Of a stretch of DNA of 64,000 nt, positions 6,903 through 15,776 are shown piece after piece. The position numbers were made by a program, and so were the translations under genes. The stretch comes from a virus. The notes below the pieces were generated by a model, which was given only the letters and a program-made list of their open reading frames with translations, did not search any database and was not told the DNA's origin. Positions within the stretch are counted from its first letter, which is position 1, and every line of letters starts with the position of its first letter. The stretch is from positions 1-64,000 of the IMG/VR virus record IMGVR_UViG_3300005056_000002. One strand, given 5' to 3'.

Positions 6903-7822
6903 AGTACGATGTAAAATACCACGTTAACTTAGAGGAAATGGTGGATGCTTTTATAGAAAGGCTTAATAAGAATTGTGAAGAAGTAGGCATAAAGAAAGTA
7001 TATGAAGTTGTTATTAAGAAGGGTACGTTTAAAAGTGATACAACTGTTGGTGATAGCAGTAAGACTACACAACCATTTAAGACCATTGTATTCTCTGTGG
7101 TTAACTTAGAGAATAGAGACAAGATAGTATTGTATAGTACAGATTATAGAGTAAGTAATCCTGCACAATGGCTAAGTACTCCTTGGAGAAAGAAGATGTA
7201 TGGAGAAGTATTGTTTAACTGTTTGTTAGGGTATGGTGCTTTAGCAGAACAGCAATTGTTGGCTGAGAGACTTAGGTCTTCCCCTGTAAAGGATAAGGGT
7301 GGAGTAGAAGAGTCCAAGCCTGTAGAGTCAGAGCAGAAGATAGCTAGGGATGATTTAAGTGCTGTAGATGAAGCACTAGATGAAATGGAGAAGGAAGCAG
7401 GAGAGAAGCTTGAAAGGAAGCATCCTCTAGTAGTAAGTGATAATGGTGAGGAAGTACACTTGAATGAAGAGGACTACCAAGCATGGTTAAAAGAGAATGA
7501 TATAGTAGAGGGAGAGGCTAAACTAGAAGATGGTCCAAAGCAGGTACTACCTCTACAAGGTATACGTGCAGAAGATATAGGATTAAAAGGAAAGCCTATG
7601 GAGATAGTAATGACTGAGTCTTGGCAACCTACAGAAGCTGAGAGTAAGAAGATAGAGTATGATGTAACTGAAGAGAAGATGATGGAGACAGTTGAGAAAG
7701 TCTTTAAAGAGAACCCTATGCCTGTATATGTAACAGGTCCAGCAGGTCATAAGGCTATTAATGAAGCTATGAAAGTAGAAGCTAATAAAAGATACGGTAC
7801 AGATGGAGAAGAAAGAAATTAA
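6899..7822 (+). CDS. hypothetical acidic protein (307 aa)
   Basis: ATGA overlap with the upstream stop. The C-terminal half is rich in Glu/Asp/Lys. Confidence 0.6.
   Translation: MKYDVKYHVNLEEMVDAFIERLNKNCEEVGIKKVYEVVIKKGTFKSDTTVGDSSKTTQPFKTIVFSVVNLENRDKIVLYSTDYRVSNPAQWLSTPWRKKMYGEVLFNCLLGYGALAEQQLLAERLRSSPVKDKGGVEESKPVESEQKIARDDLSAVDEALDEMEKEAGEKLERKHPLVVSDNGEEVHLNEEDYQAWLKENDIVEGEAKLEDGPKQVLPLQGIRAEDIGLKGKPMEIVMTESWQPTEAESKKIEYDVTEEKMMETVEKVFKENPMPVYVTGPAGHKAINEAMKVEANKRYGTDGEERN
7281..7305 (-). repeat. ACTCC-N-ACAGGG motif copy (antisense inside 6899..7822)
   Basis: Reverse complement reads ACTCCACCCTTATCCTTTACAGGGG, spacer 13. Confidence 0.8.
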
Positions 7823-8036
7823 GATAAACCCTGTAGGAAGTATACCCCTTATGACTATACAAGAGAGGGCTGATTGGGGTGTTAAGTGGCAAAGAGAATG
7901 GATGGAAGCATCTAATAAGATGGGCGTTAAAATAAAGAACGCTACACTTAGTGAAGAAGAGTATAATTATGTAACAGACCCTTTAGGTCTTAAAGGTAAA
8001 GACTCTAAGCTTACATTAAAACCATCCAATGGCTAA
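7803..8036 (+). CDS. hypothetical protein (77 aa)
   Basis: Co-directional ORF. Ends ..KPSNG stop inside the 22-nt junction repeat. Confidence 0.5.
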   Translation: MEKKEIKINPVGSIPLMTIQERADWGVKWQREWMEASNKMGVKIKNATLSEEEYNYVTDPLGLKGKDSKLTLKPSNG

Positions 8037-8038
8037 GA
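8017..8038 (+). repeat. 22-nt gene-junction repeat TAAAACCATCCAATGGCTAAGA, copy 1
   Basis: Contains the ..KPSNG stop of the upstream gene and the overlapping ATGGCTAAG start of the next gene. Confidence 0.8.
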
Positions 8039-8154
8039 GCAACCAACTACAACATGTACCTATATGGAAGATTCCAGCTAGGACAAAGGAGCAAGATGCT
8101 AGGTGGGAAGAAGTATGGAAGAAGTGTACTAACATAAAACCATCCAATGGCTAA
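8029..8154 (+). CDS. small hypothetical protein (41 aa), not in ORF track
   Basis: Hand-found: MAKSNQLQHVPIWKIPARTKEQDARWEEVWKKCTNIKPSNG. Fills the gap between 8036 and 8147. Its start and end both lie in copies of the junction repeat TAAAACCATCCAATGGCTAAGA. Confidence 0.35.
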   Translation: MAKSNQLQHVPIWKIPARTKEQDARWEEVWKKCTNIKPSNG

Positions 8155-8156
8155 GA
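8135..8156 (+). repeat. 22-nt gene-junction repeat, copy 2
   Basis: Exact copy 118 nt downstream of copy 1. Confidence 0.8.
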
Positions 8157-8614
8157 TTAAAGAAGAAGAACTTTACTCCCTGCAAGAAGTTCAAAACGAG
8201 TTAAGGGCTATAGGTGCAGACCTATCCTTAGCTGAAATAACGGATATCTGTAAGAGTCCGTTGATAGCTACTACCTTTGCAATGAACAGAGGTGTAGACG
8301 TTAGACTTCCTGTATGGGGTACACTATTACGGAAGCATAGGTATGTAATAGGATTAAAGCAGAAAGCTTTATTAGAAATGAAAGGTATCATACCTGATGG
8401 CGAGTATCACGAAATGCGTAAGATGCTTGCTAAGGCGCATAAGAGACAGCTAAGTAAGATACCAAAGGTAGATATAGAAGAGTTACTAGCTCTACCTAAG
8501 ATACATAGGAGTAGTCATAGATATGATAAGCTGGTAGAGAATCAGACTTACGTACCATTGGCATACTATTACGATGAAGATACAAGAACATTCATAAAGA
8601 AAGAAGATGAATAA
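8147..8614 (+). CDS. hypothetical protein (155 aa)
   Basis: Co-directional ORF that starts in the second copy of the junction repeat (MAKI...). Confidence 0.55.
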   Translation: MAKIKEEELYSLQEVQNELRAIGADLSLAEITDICKSPLIATTFAMNRGVDVRLPVWGTLLRKHRYVIGLKQKALLEMKGIIPDGEYHEMRKMLAKAHKRQLSKIPKVDIEELLALPKIHRSSHRYDKLVENQTYVPLAYYYDEDTRTFIKKEDE

Positions 8615-9287
8615 AGATTTTGATAAGTTATTCACCATCAAAGATGGAGAGCTGTTATTGAACAAGCATGACTTAAGGATGATACCCGAGTTCAAGCTGA
8701 TGTTCGCAATGGACAAGGGTAGGGAAGGGGACTTTGATGCTAGGAAGAAGACACACTCTTTTACCTTCATTAAGTTCATGTACTTCTACTATCACCCTAT
8801 GAGTGCTTTCGTAGACATGCCTGACGAGAAGAGAAAAATACGTAGTATGGTTGCTTCTGACTTAAGAGGGGTAAAGGGTGAGCCTTGGGTAATCAATAAG
8901 TACGAAGCACCTGTATTGAAAGTATACTTAGAGCTGATAGAGATTGATGCTTTGTTCAAGACTTATATTAATGCACGTAGGTCTGTGTATAATATGGGAG
9001 AGGATATAGAGTTCTTCAACAAGTTAAGAGAGGTTAACAAGAAGAAGATAATGACTTATACTGAGCAATTGGAGAAAGCGTCGGGAGAAGAGGAACTAGG
9101 ACTACAACAAAGTGTTGAAGCTGCAACAGTTGCTTTGATGAACTCAGGTAATCAGATACTAACTATAACTAATAATCTAGCTAAAGCCTATGATGTTATC
9201 AAGGTGTTAAAGACTAAGTTGTTAGAAGCTAACAATGAAGGTAGTGCTTTGAAAGGTGGTGGAGACTTAGGGAACAGAGAAAGGTAA
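8607..9287 (+). CDS. hypothetical protein (226 aa)
   Basis: Co-directional ORF with 8-nt overlap upstream. Confidence 0.55.
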   Translation: MNKDFDKLFTIKDGELLLNKHDLRMIPEFKLMFAMDKGREGDFDARKKTHSFTFIKFMYFYYHPMSAFVDMPDEKRKIRSMVASDLRGVKGEPWVINKYEAPVLKVYLELIEIDALFKTYINARRSVYNMGEDIEFFNKLREVNKKKIMTYTEQLEKASGEEELGLQQSVEAATVALMNSGNQILTITNNLAKAYDVIKVLKTKLLEANNEGSALKGGGDLGNRER

Positions 9288-9625
9288 TGAGGTTTCCTAT
9301 AATAGTTAATGTAGAAATGAGTGACAGGTTTGGAAACAATAACATTGTAGCAAACATTGTAGACTTTGATAACGATAGGATAGAACAAGTGATAAACGAG
9401 GGTGGTAATTTTACTACCCTTGCTTATTACAATAAGAGATACATCAAGGTGATGATACCTTTTAAGGAAGTATATGAAATGCTACAACTGCAAACAACTA
9501 TACTAGATACATTTGAAGAAGAGACGCTTGCCTATGCAGATTCTAATTGGAGTGAGTATAAGGCATCTATACTAAAAGAGAAACGTAATGATAAAAGAAA
9601 CGGAGAAGGTCCAACTACTGTTTGA
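9287..9625 (+). CDS. hypothetical protein (112 aa)
   Basis: TAATG stop/start overlap with the upstream gene. Confidence 0.5.
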   Translation: MRFPIIVNVEMSDRFGNNNIVANIVDFDNDRIEQVINEGGNFTTLAYYNKRYIKVMIPFKEVYEMLQLQTTILDTFEEETLAYADSNWSEYKASILKEKRNDKRNGEGPTTV

Positions 9626-10601
9626 CGCACCTACACATGTATACAGTGATACTAAGGGTAGAGTCTACACTAGTGCAACTACTGTAATAGGTAAGTACAA
9701 GAAGCCTTTCAATAAGAAGTACTGGGGTATGTATACCATGTTGAAGAACAAAGGTATCAAGGTACGTCCTGATGGTGGTAAAGATAAGGTTATCTTTATA
9801 AGTGGTGTTCCTAGTAAGCTAAGTCAGCTATGGGGTTATCCTTCTTATGCTTGGGAAACAGAAATGCTATTTGCTAAGTGGGATAAGATGACAGAGGATG
9901 CTTGTGATAGAGGTAATGAGATACATGACTACTTAGAGGACAGTATAAACCTAAGTAAGGATGATGTAGCTGCTGAGAGTAATGATGTTATCCAACCAAG
10001 TCTAGGTACTGCTATGGCAGGTCAAGACTTCGTAACTATTGCTACAAGGCACGATTTGGACCGAACTACAATAAAAGAACGATTTCCGATAGTTTATTTT
10101 AAATTATTGAAGTATATTAATCAAGGATGCACTATATTCGCAGAGAAGAAGATTTATAGTAGTACGTACCTGATTGCAGGAATGATTGATGTATTAATCG
10201 TAAAAGGTAAGCAATTCGCTATCTTGGATTGGAAGACCAACAAAGATGAAATGCACTTTCAAAGTGGCTACTATAAGAAGATACAGAGGAACGGTATATG
10301 GATTAAGTCTGAACAGTTCTTAAGGACTGACAATACGTTGTTAGCACCTTTGAACCATATAGCTGAATGTAAAGGTATGGTGTATACCTTACAGCTAAGT
10401 CTGTATGCTTTCATCATGGAAATGTGGGGATATACATTAGTACCTGATGGGTTAATAATATGTCACATGAGACCTGGACTAGAGCCTAAGATGGTTAACA
10501 TAGCATATAAGCAGAGAGAGATACAGGATATGCTTAATCACCACATAGGTAAAGTAGTTACACCAAAGAAGAAAGGATTGCAATTCGGGATATTTAAGTA
10601 G
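9588..10601 (+). CDS. PD-(D/E)XK (RecB/Cas4-like) nuclease
   Basis: Ordered RecB-family motifs: N-terminal H-x-Y..S-A-T-T-V, EIHDYLE, GMIDVLIV...FAILDWKTNK (D...D-x-K) and the QxxxY motif in YTLQLSLYAF. Confidence 0.75.
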   Translation: MIKETEKVQLLFDAPTHVYSDTKGRVYTSATTVIGKYKKPFNKKYWGMYTMLKNKGIKVRPDGGKDKVIFISGVPSKLSQLWGYPSYAWETEMLFAKWDKMTEDACDRGNEIHDYLEDSINLSKDDVAAESNDVIQPSLGTAMAGQDFVTIATRHDLDRTTIKERFPIVYFKLLKYINQGCTIFAEKKIYSSTYLIAGMIDVLIVKGKQFAILDWKTNKDEMHFQSGYYKKIQRNGIWIKSEQFLRTDNTLLAPLNHIAECKGMVYTLQLSLYAFIMEMWGYTLVPDGLIICHMRPGLEPKMVNIAYKQREIQDMLNHHIGKVVTPKKKGLQFGIFK

Positions 10602-10627
10602 ACTCCCACTCTTCCTATTACAGGGGG
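10602..10627 (+). repeat. ACTCC-N-ACAGGG motif copy (intergenic, 21 nt upstream of 10648 gene)
   Basis: ACTCCCACTCTTCCTATTACAGGGGG followed by AGAAAC, spacer 13. Confidence 0.85.
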
Positions 10628-10647
10628 AGAAACATAAATATAAAAGG

Positions 10648-11154
10648 ATGAAAAAAGTATTGTTTGTAAACCTAGATGGAACTCTAGTGGTTACAGAGAG
10701 TGGACGACCCTACCCCTTACACAGTAAGGATTGGAAGTTCATTAATGAAACACTCTTCGCTATCAAGTTTTACTTGAAGAAAGGGTACAAATTGGTTATA
10801 GTGTCTAACCAAGATGGGGTAGCTAAAGGCTTCGTATCAGAAGAGGTGATAGTAGGTAAGTTAGAAACTATCTGTAAGAAGATAGAGGAAGGCTTCCAAC
10901 TAGAAGAGAATAGCGTAGTCTATGCTTACTGTATAGATGGAGAAGGATTTAAACATAGTCCAAACCCAGGGATGGTATACGAGATACTAGTTGATGAAGA
11001 ACTAGGATTAAAGAATAGTATTATGATGGGTAGTATTCCTGATGATTTCTTATTTGCTTCTAATGTAGGAGTCTCTCAGTACATGGATATAGCTTACATA
11101 CTAGCCGAGGACTGGAAACATAACATACAGCAGCTAAATGCATCTAGCCTATAA
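10648..11154 (+). CDS. HAD-superfamily phosphatase-like protein (GmhB / PNKP 3'-phosphatase-like subfamily)
   Basis: Motif I-like FVNLDGTLV, with Asn where the nucleophilic Asp is expected. Motif II VIVSNQDGVAKG matches the TNQ-G-(I/V)-x-(R/K)-G signature. Late acidic GSIPDD. Confidence 0.6.
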   Translation: MKKVLFVNLDGTLVVTESGRPYPLHSKDWKFINETLFAIKFYLKKGYKLVIVSNQDGVAKGFVSEEVIVGKLETICKKIEEGFQLEENSVVYAYCIDGEGFKHSPNPGMVYEILVDEELGLKNSIMMGSIPDDFLFASNVGVSQYMDIAYILAEDWKHNIQQLNASSL

Positions 11155-13393
11155 GAGCTACGAGACTATTCAGCAGATGCCCGATAACCTATTAGGTTCG
11201 TTACAACGTGACGAATCTTTTGGCGTTTTAACTGATGTCTATACTAAGGAGGAAAGAGAAGGCGAAGATGCCTTGTACACCCCTAAAGATATAGTCTTCT
11301 ACGGTACAGCTGAGTTTAGCGCAGCAGGTAATCTTTGGCTAGAGAAGGGTTACTATACGGACTACCACCCAGTCTACGACAAACAAGAGTATGACGCATT
11401 TTGGGATGGAGAAGAAGTAAAGAGAAGGGAAGGACATACCTTACCGTGTTCTGTTGTTAAAAGGAAGGATGGGAGTTACACACTCCAAGATCTTCATATT
11501 ACAGGGGAACATTACGGGTACTTAAACTATGCTCCTATAAAGAGAGTAGCGAAGGAGACTATGGAAGAGATCGAGAGGTTGCTTCTATTAGGGGAGAACG
11601 TTGACCACTTGGCAGAGCAGAAAGTTAAGACCTTACCACAGTTCTACGATAGTGATTACTACTACTTTAAAGTAGTAGACCTAGCAAGGTCTGTAGGTAG
11701 ACACTTAGTAGTAGGTAAAGCAAGGCGTAAAGGATATTCATATAAGAATGGATGGATTGCGGCTAACAGGGCTGACTTATATAGAGAGACTGTAACAGCA
11801 TTAGCAGCGTTCCACTCGGACAGTTTATATCCCGAGGGTACAATGCAAATGACCAATGACTACTTGCAGCATATTGCTAAGGAGACAGATTGGAAGAAGC
11901 GAAGGCTTAAGGATAAAGAAGACTTTATCAAGTTCGGGTATAAGAAGAACGATGGATTAGGAGTTGAGTATGGATTTAAGAGTGTAGTATTAGCTACTAG
12001 TTTTGCACCAAACAATGCAGGTGCATTAAGAGGGAAGTCTGCTGATTTCATGATGATTGAGGAAGCAGGTAAGAACCCTATACTAGCTGCGGTACTTGCG
12101 AGTACGTTGCCTACCTTGAAAGCAGGGGTAACGTTGAGTGGTCTACTTATTGTGTTTGGTACTGGTGGTGGAGAAGATAAACAATGGGAAGGATTCGAAG
12201 ACTTATTCTATGCGCCTAGTGCTGATGGATTCTTATCAATGAACAACATATGGGACGAAGGTGAGTTAGGAACTGAATGTGGTTTCTTCGTACCTAGTTA
12301 CATGGGTAAAGAAGGATTTGTAGATATACACGGTAACAGTAATGTTAAAGGTGCTGTAATCTACGAGGAAGGCGAAAGGACTAAGAAACGTAAGTCTAAG
12401 TCTGCTAAGAAGCTTACGGATTATATAATGGAAGAACCATTTAATCCTAAGGAAGCATTTAGTAGAGATAGTAGTGGGTTGTTTCCAGGTGAACAACTAG
12501 AGGAACAATTGAAGAGGGTACAGAGAGATCCAATGCTAAGAGCCTTACATAAGAATGGTAACTTGATTGATACTCCTAAAGGGGTGAAGTTCAAGGATTC
12601 TATGTTTATGGATAAGGATGAACTTAAGCACTTCCACCCACCTATTATAAACTTTCCTATAAAGAAAGGAGACGATGCGTATGGGTGTTTCACTATGTGG
12701 AGTATGCCTTATAGAGATAGGGTAACAGGTAAGATACCTGATAGTCTCTATAGGATAGTACATGATCCATTTGCTTTGAGTAAAGATACTAAGGACGTTA
12801 CTAGTCGAGATTCATTAGGTTCTTTCTATGTATATGAGAGGACTAATAATATCACAGGTGGATTAGGTGATAGGTTGGTCGCTGCCTTTAATGGTAGACC
12901 GCCTACTACTGTAGAGTTCAATGATATCTTATTTAGAGCAGCAGATTATTACAATGCTGTTATTCAGTTTGAGAATGACAGGGGAGACGTTTACTCTTAT
13001 GCTAGAGGGAAGAAGTGGCTACACAAGTTAGCTGACGAACCCGAAGTATTATGGAAGAAGGCTTTACAGTCTAAGACTGGTAGTCGAAAGAAAGGAATCA
13101 CCATTAACGTCAATAGAAAGTTAGAGGGTGTGGTATACTTGCGAGATTGGTTATTAATGCCAAGAGGTAAGGGAGAAAACGGAGGAACTTTACTAAATTT
13201 GCATTATATTTACGATGAAGCCTTACTAAAGGAATTATTGAGGTATAACTTGAACAAAGGTAACTTCGATAGGGTGTCTTCTATGATTGTACTGATGTAT
13301 GATATAAGGGAACTAGTACACACTAAGATAAGGAAACCACCTCCACCACCTTCACATGGTGGACAAGGAGTATTTGATAGAGATTTATTTTAA
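11138..13393 (+). CDS. terL: terminase large subunit
   Basis: 751 aa. Walker-A-like VVGKARRKGYS, Walker-B-like ADFMMIEEAG, and a C-terminal half with acidic nuclease-like motifs (RIVHDPF, IQFENDRGD). Lies directly upstream of a portal-size gene. Confidence 0.8.
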   Translation: MHLAYKSYETIQQMPDNLLGSLQRDESFGVLTDVYTKEEREGEDALYTPKDIVFYGTAEFSAAGNLWLEKGYYTDYHPVYDKQEYDAFWDGEEVKRREGHTLPCSVVKRKDGSYTLQDLHITGEHYGYLNYAPIKRVAKETMEEIERLLLLGENVDHLAEQKVKTLPQFYDSDYYYFKVVDLARSVGRHLVVGKARRKGYSYKNGWIAANRADLYRETVTALAAFHSDSLYPEGTMQMTNDYLQHIAKETDWKKRRLKDKEDFIKFGYKKNDGLGVEYGFKSVVLATSFAPNNAGALRGKSADFMMIEEAGKNPILAAVLASTLPTLKAGVTLSGLLIVFGTGGGEDKQWEGFEDLFYAPSADGFLSMNNIWDEGELGTECGFFVPSYMGKEGFVDIHGNSNVKGAVIYEEGERTKKRKSKSAKKLTDYIMEEPFNPKEAFSRDSSGLFPGEQLEEQLKRVQRDPMLRALHKNGNLIDTPKGVKFKDSMFMDKDELKHFHPPIINFPIKKGDDAYGCFTMWSMPYRDRVTGKIPDSLYRIVHDPFALSKDTKDVTSRDSLGSFYVYERTNNITGGLGDRLVAAFNGRPPTTVEFNDILFRAADYYNAVIQFENDRGDVYSYARGKKWLHKLADEPEVLWKKALQSKTGSRKKGITINVNRKLEGVVYLRDWLLMPRGKGENGGTLLNLHYIYDEALLKELLRYNLNKGNFDRVSSMIVLMYDIRELVHTKIRKPPPPPSHGGQGVFDRDLF
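11482..11507 (+). repeat. ACTCC-N-ACAGGG motif copy (inside terL, codon phase 2)
   Basis: ACTCCAAGATCTTCATATTACAGGGG, spacer 14. Confidence 0.8.
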
Positions 13394-13402
13394 ATTAGAT
13401 AT

Positions 13403-15742
13403 ATGAACGTACTGCCAAGACAGAAACAGACAAGGGCACAAAAGGCTATAGTAGACCCTGTAACGGGTAAGTCCTTTTGGCACAACAATGTGGACTACTA
13501 TGCAGACCAAGTACTAACAGCTGACCGTGACGACATACTAAGACAGTATAGAGTCACGGAAGGACTGATGGATGATAAAGCTTATAATTACGTATTGAAC
13601 CCACTTAATACCACAGTAGATAGGTATAAGAGATTTGGTAGTACACTACGTAACTTTGATATAATCGGACCTGTTATTAACTTATACGCAGGAGAGTTCA
13701 ATCAGAGGTTTAAGAACATACAAGTACTGGATAGTAATCCAGGTGATGACAATAGATACAAAGAGGGATTACACTCTATGATTATTGAGCATTACCAAGC
13801 AGAGACAGTTATGAATCTAGCTAAGCTAGGTTTAGAGATTGGGGATAGTCCCGAAGAGCAACAAGAGTTGCAGAGTAAAGTAGAGGTATACAATAGAGAC
13901 TTTGATAGTAATAGAGTTATTACAGGTCAAGAGATTCTAGACTATATAGCATATGACCAAGATATTGATGACAAGCATCAAGATGGTTATATAGATTGGT
14001 TGAAGTGCGGAAGAGTAGTTACATATAAGGGAGTATTCCACGATGATGTAGATTACGAGTCTGTACCGCCTTGGGAGTATACTAGTCCTAAAGGAGGTAA
14101 AGGTAGAATGTTAGAAGATGATGCATGGGGAGTCAGAAGACAAGTCATGGGTATCAATGACATTCTAGACAGATGGCACGACAAGATGTCTGAGGAAGAC
14201 GTAGAGTGGTTAGAAGCTAGGCATCAAGAGACAGGCTTCCATCAAAGTACAGGGTTTGTACAACTACCATCCGAATGGATGTCTAAGTCTGACGACTATA
14301 ATAAGAAGTCAAGCTTAGCCCAAGTAGATGGATTAGAAGTATTCCACGTACAATGGAAGAGTTTCAAGAAGATGGGTATAGTAAAGAGACAAGATACAAT
14401 GGGTCAAATCATTGAAGTTGATGTCCAAGACGACTATGTACTTAATCCCAAAGCAGGAGATTTAGATCTTGAATGGGGATGGATTAGTACAGTCTGTGAG
14501 GGATGGAGAATAGGTGATGATAGTAATGCTATCTATATTGACTTAAGAGAGTTGCCTTATAATAGAATGTCTCTTAATAACAAGTCTGAGCAAAAGTTAT
14601 CATACAATGGTAGGTACAATCAAACTCGAACAGGTAAGATTATCAGTATAGCGTCTCTAGGTGAGAACTACCAAGTCTTGTATAATATTGCTCACTATCA
14701 GTTTGAGAAGTTAATCAATAAGCACAAAGGTTCTATTAAAGTAATCCCAATCGGTCTTATACCTAAAGGTGTAGAAGGATGGGATGAAGAGAAGTTTATG
14801 TATTACACACATGCTAGTGATACAATGTTTATAGATGAAACTTCTCCTACTGCTGGAATTGCTATTAACGGTATGAAAGTACTTAGTGGTAGTGCAGGAC
14901 AAGAGATAAGAGAAGCTATTGAATTGCTACAAAGTATAAAATCTGAGTGGTGGGAATCAATAGGTATGAACAGGCAGCGATACGGAGACTCCAAAGCGAG
15001 CGATGGAAAAGCAGTAACCGAACAGGCGATTTTCAGAAGTGCAATCATTAGTGACGAGCTAAATAGAAAATTTGAAAAATTTCAGGAAAAAGATTATGCA
15101 GGTTTGCTAGATATTAGTAAATTAGCGTATCTTAATGGAAAGAAAGCTAAGTACATCAATTCAGATAGTAGAGAAGCCTTTCTTAGAGTTAACCCTGACG
15201 ATGCAGTTCATCACTTAGAGTCTGACTACAATATCTTTGTTAAGAACAGTAGGAAAGAGAATGAGAACATTGAAATGGCTAGAGAGTATGGGTTTAGTTT
15301 AGGACAGAACGCAGAAGCTGAAATGATGATGGAGTTGATAGGAAGTAGTAACTTTACTAAGACTAAGGACATCATTAAGAGGATAGACAAAGCTGCTCAA
15401 CAAAGAGAGCAAAGTGCTGCACAAGCTGATAGAGAAAGTAATGAAGCTATTGCTGATGCACAAAGACAAAGTGAACAAGCTGATAGAGAGTTACGTAAGT
15501 ATGAAGCTGATAAAGGGTACGATAAAGTACTTGACAGTACCATGCTAAAGATGAATCAAGAAGCTGACGTTGCTGAACCTGCCGATAACGCACCTGATAC
15601 TGAGACTGTTCGTATGAACGACCACAAAATCAATAGCGATGGTAAGGCACATAATCTTGCTACACAAGATTTAGAATTAAAGAGAAAGAAGGTAGCTGCT
15701 GATATTGCTAAAGGCAAGATGCAGAAAGCTACGGCAAAGTAA
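13403..15742 (+). CDS. portal protein (putative)
   Basis: 779 aa, immediately after terL and before the scaffold-like and capsid-size genes. Charged coiled C-terminal tail. Call rests on position and size only. Confidence 0.6.
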   Translation: MNVLPRQKQTRAQKAIVDPVTGKSFWHNNVDYYADQVLTADRDDILRQYRVTEGLMDDKAYNYVLNPLNTTVDRYKRFGSTLRNFDIIGPVINLYAGEFNQRFKNIQVLDSNPGDDNRYKEGLHSMIIEHYQAETVMNLAKLGLEIGDSPEEQQELQSKVEVYNRDFDSNRVITGQEILDYIAYDQDIDDKHQDGYIDWLKCGRVVTYKGVFHDDVDYESVPPWEYTSPKGGKGRMLEDDAWGVRRQVMGINDILDRWHDKMSEEDVEWLEARHQETGFHQSTGFVQLPSEWMSKSDDYNKKSSLAQVDGLEVFHVQWKSFKKMGIVKRQDTMGQIIEVDVQDDYVLNPKAGDLDLEWGWISTVCEGWRIGDDSNAIYIDLRELPYNRMSLNNKSEQKLSYNGRYNQTRTGKIISIASLGENYQVLYNIAHYQFEKLINKHKGSIKVIPIGLIPKGVEGWDEEKFMYYTHASDTMFIDETSPTAGIAINGMKVLSGSAGQEIREAIELLQSIKSEWWESIGMNRQRYGDSKASDGKAVTEQAIFRSAIISDELNRKFEKFQEKDYAGLLDISKLAYLNGKKAKYINSDSREAFLRVNPDDAVHHLESDYNIFVKNSRKENENIEMAREYGFSLGQNAEAEMMMELIGSSNFTKTKDIIKRIDKAAQQREQSAAQADRESNEAIADAQRQSEQADRELRKYEADKGYDKVLDSTMLKMNQEADVAEPADNAPDTETVRMNDHKINSDGKAHNLATQDLELKRKKVAADIAKGKMQKATAK

Positions 15743-15776
15743 TTTAATAATAGAGTTATAACTAATAATAAAGATT

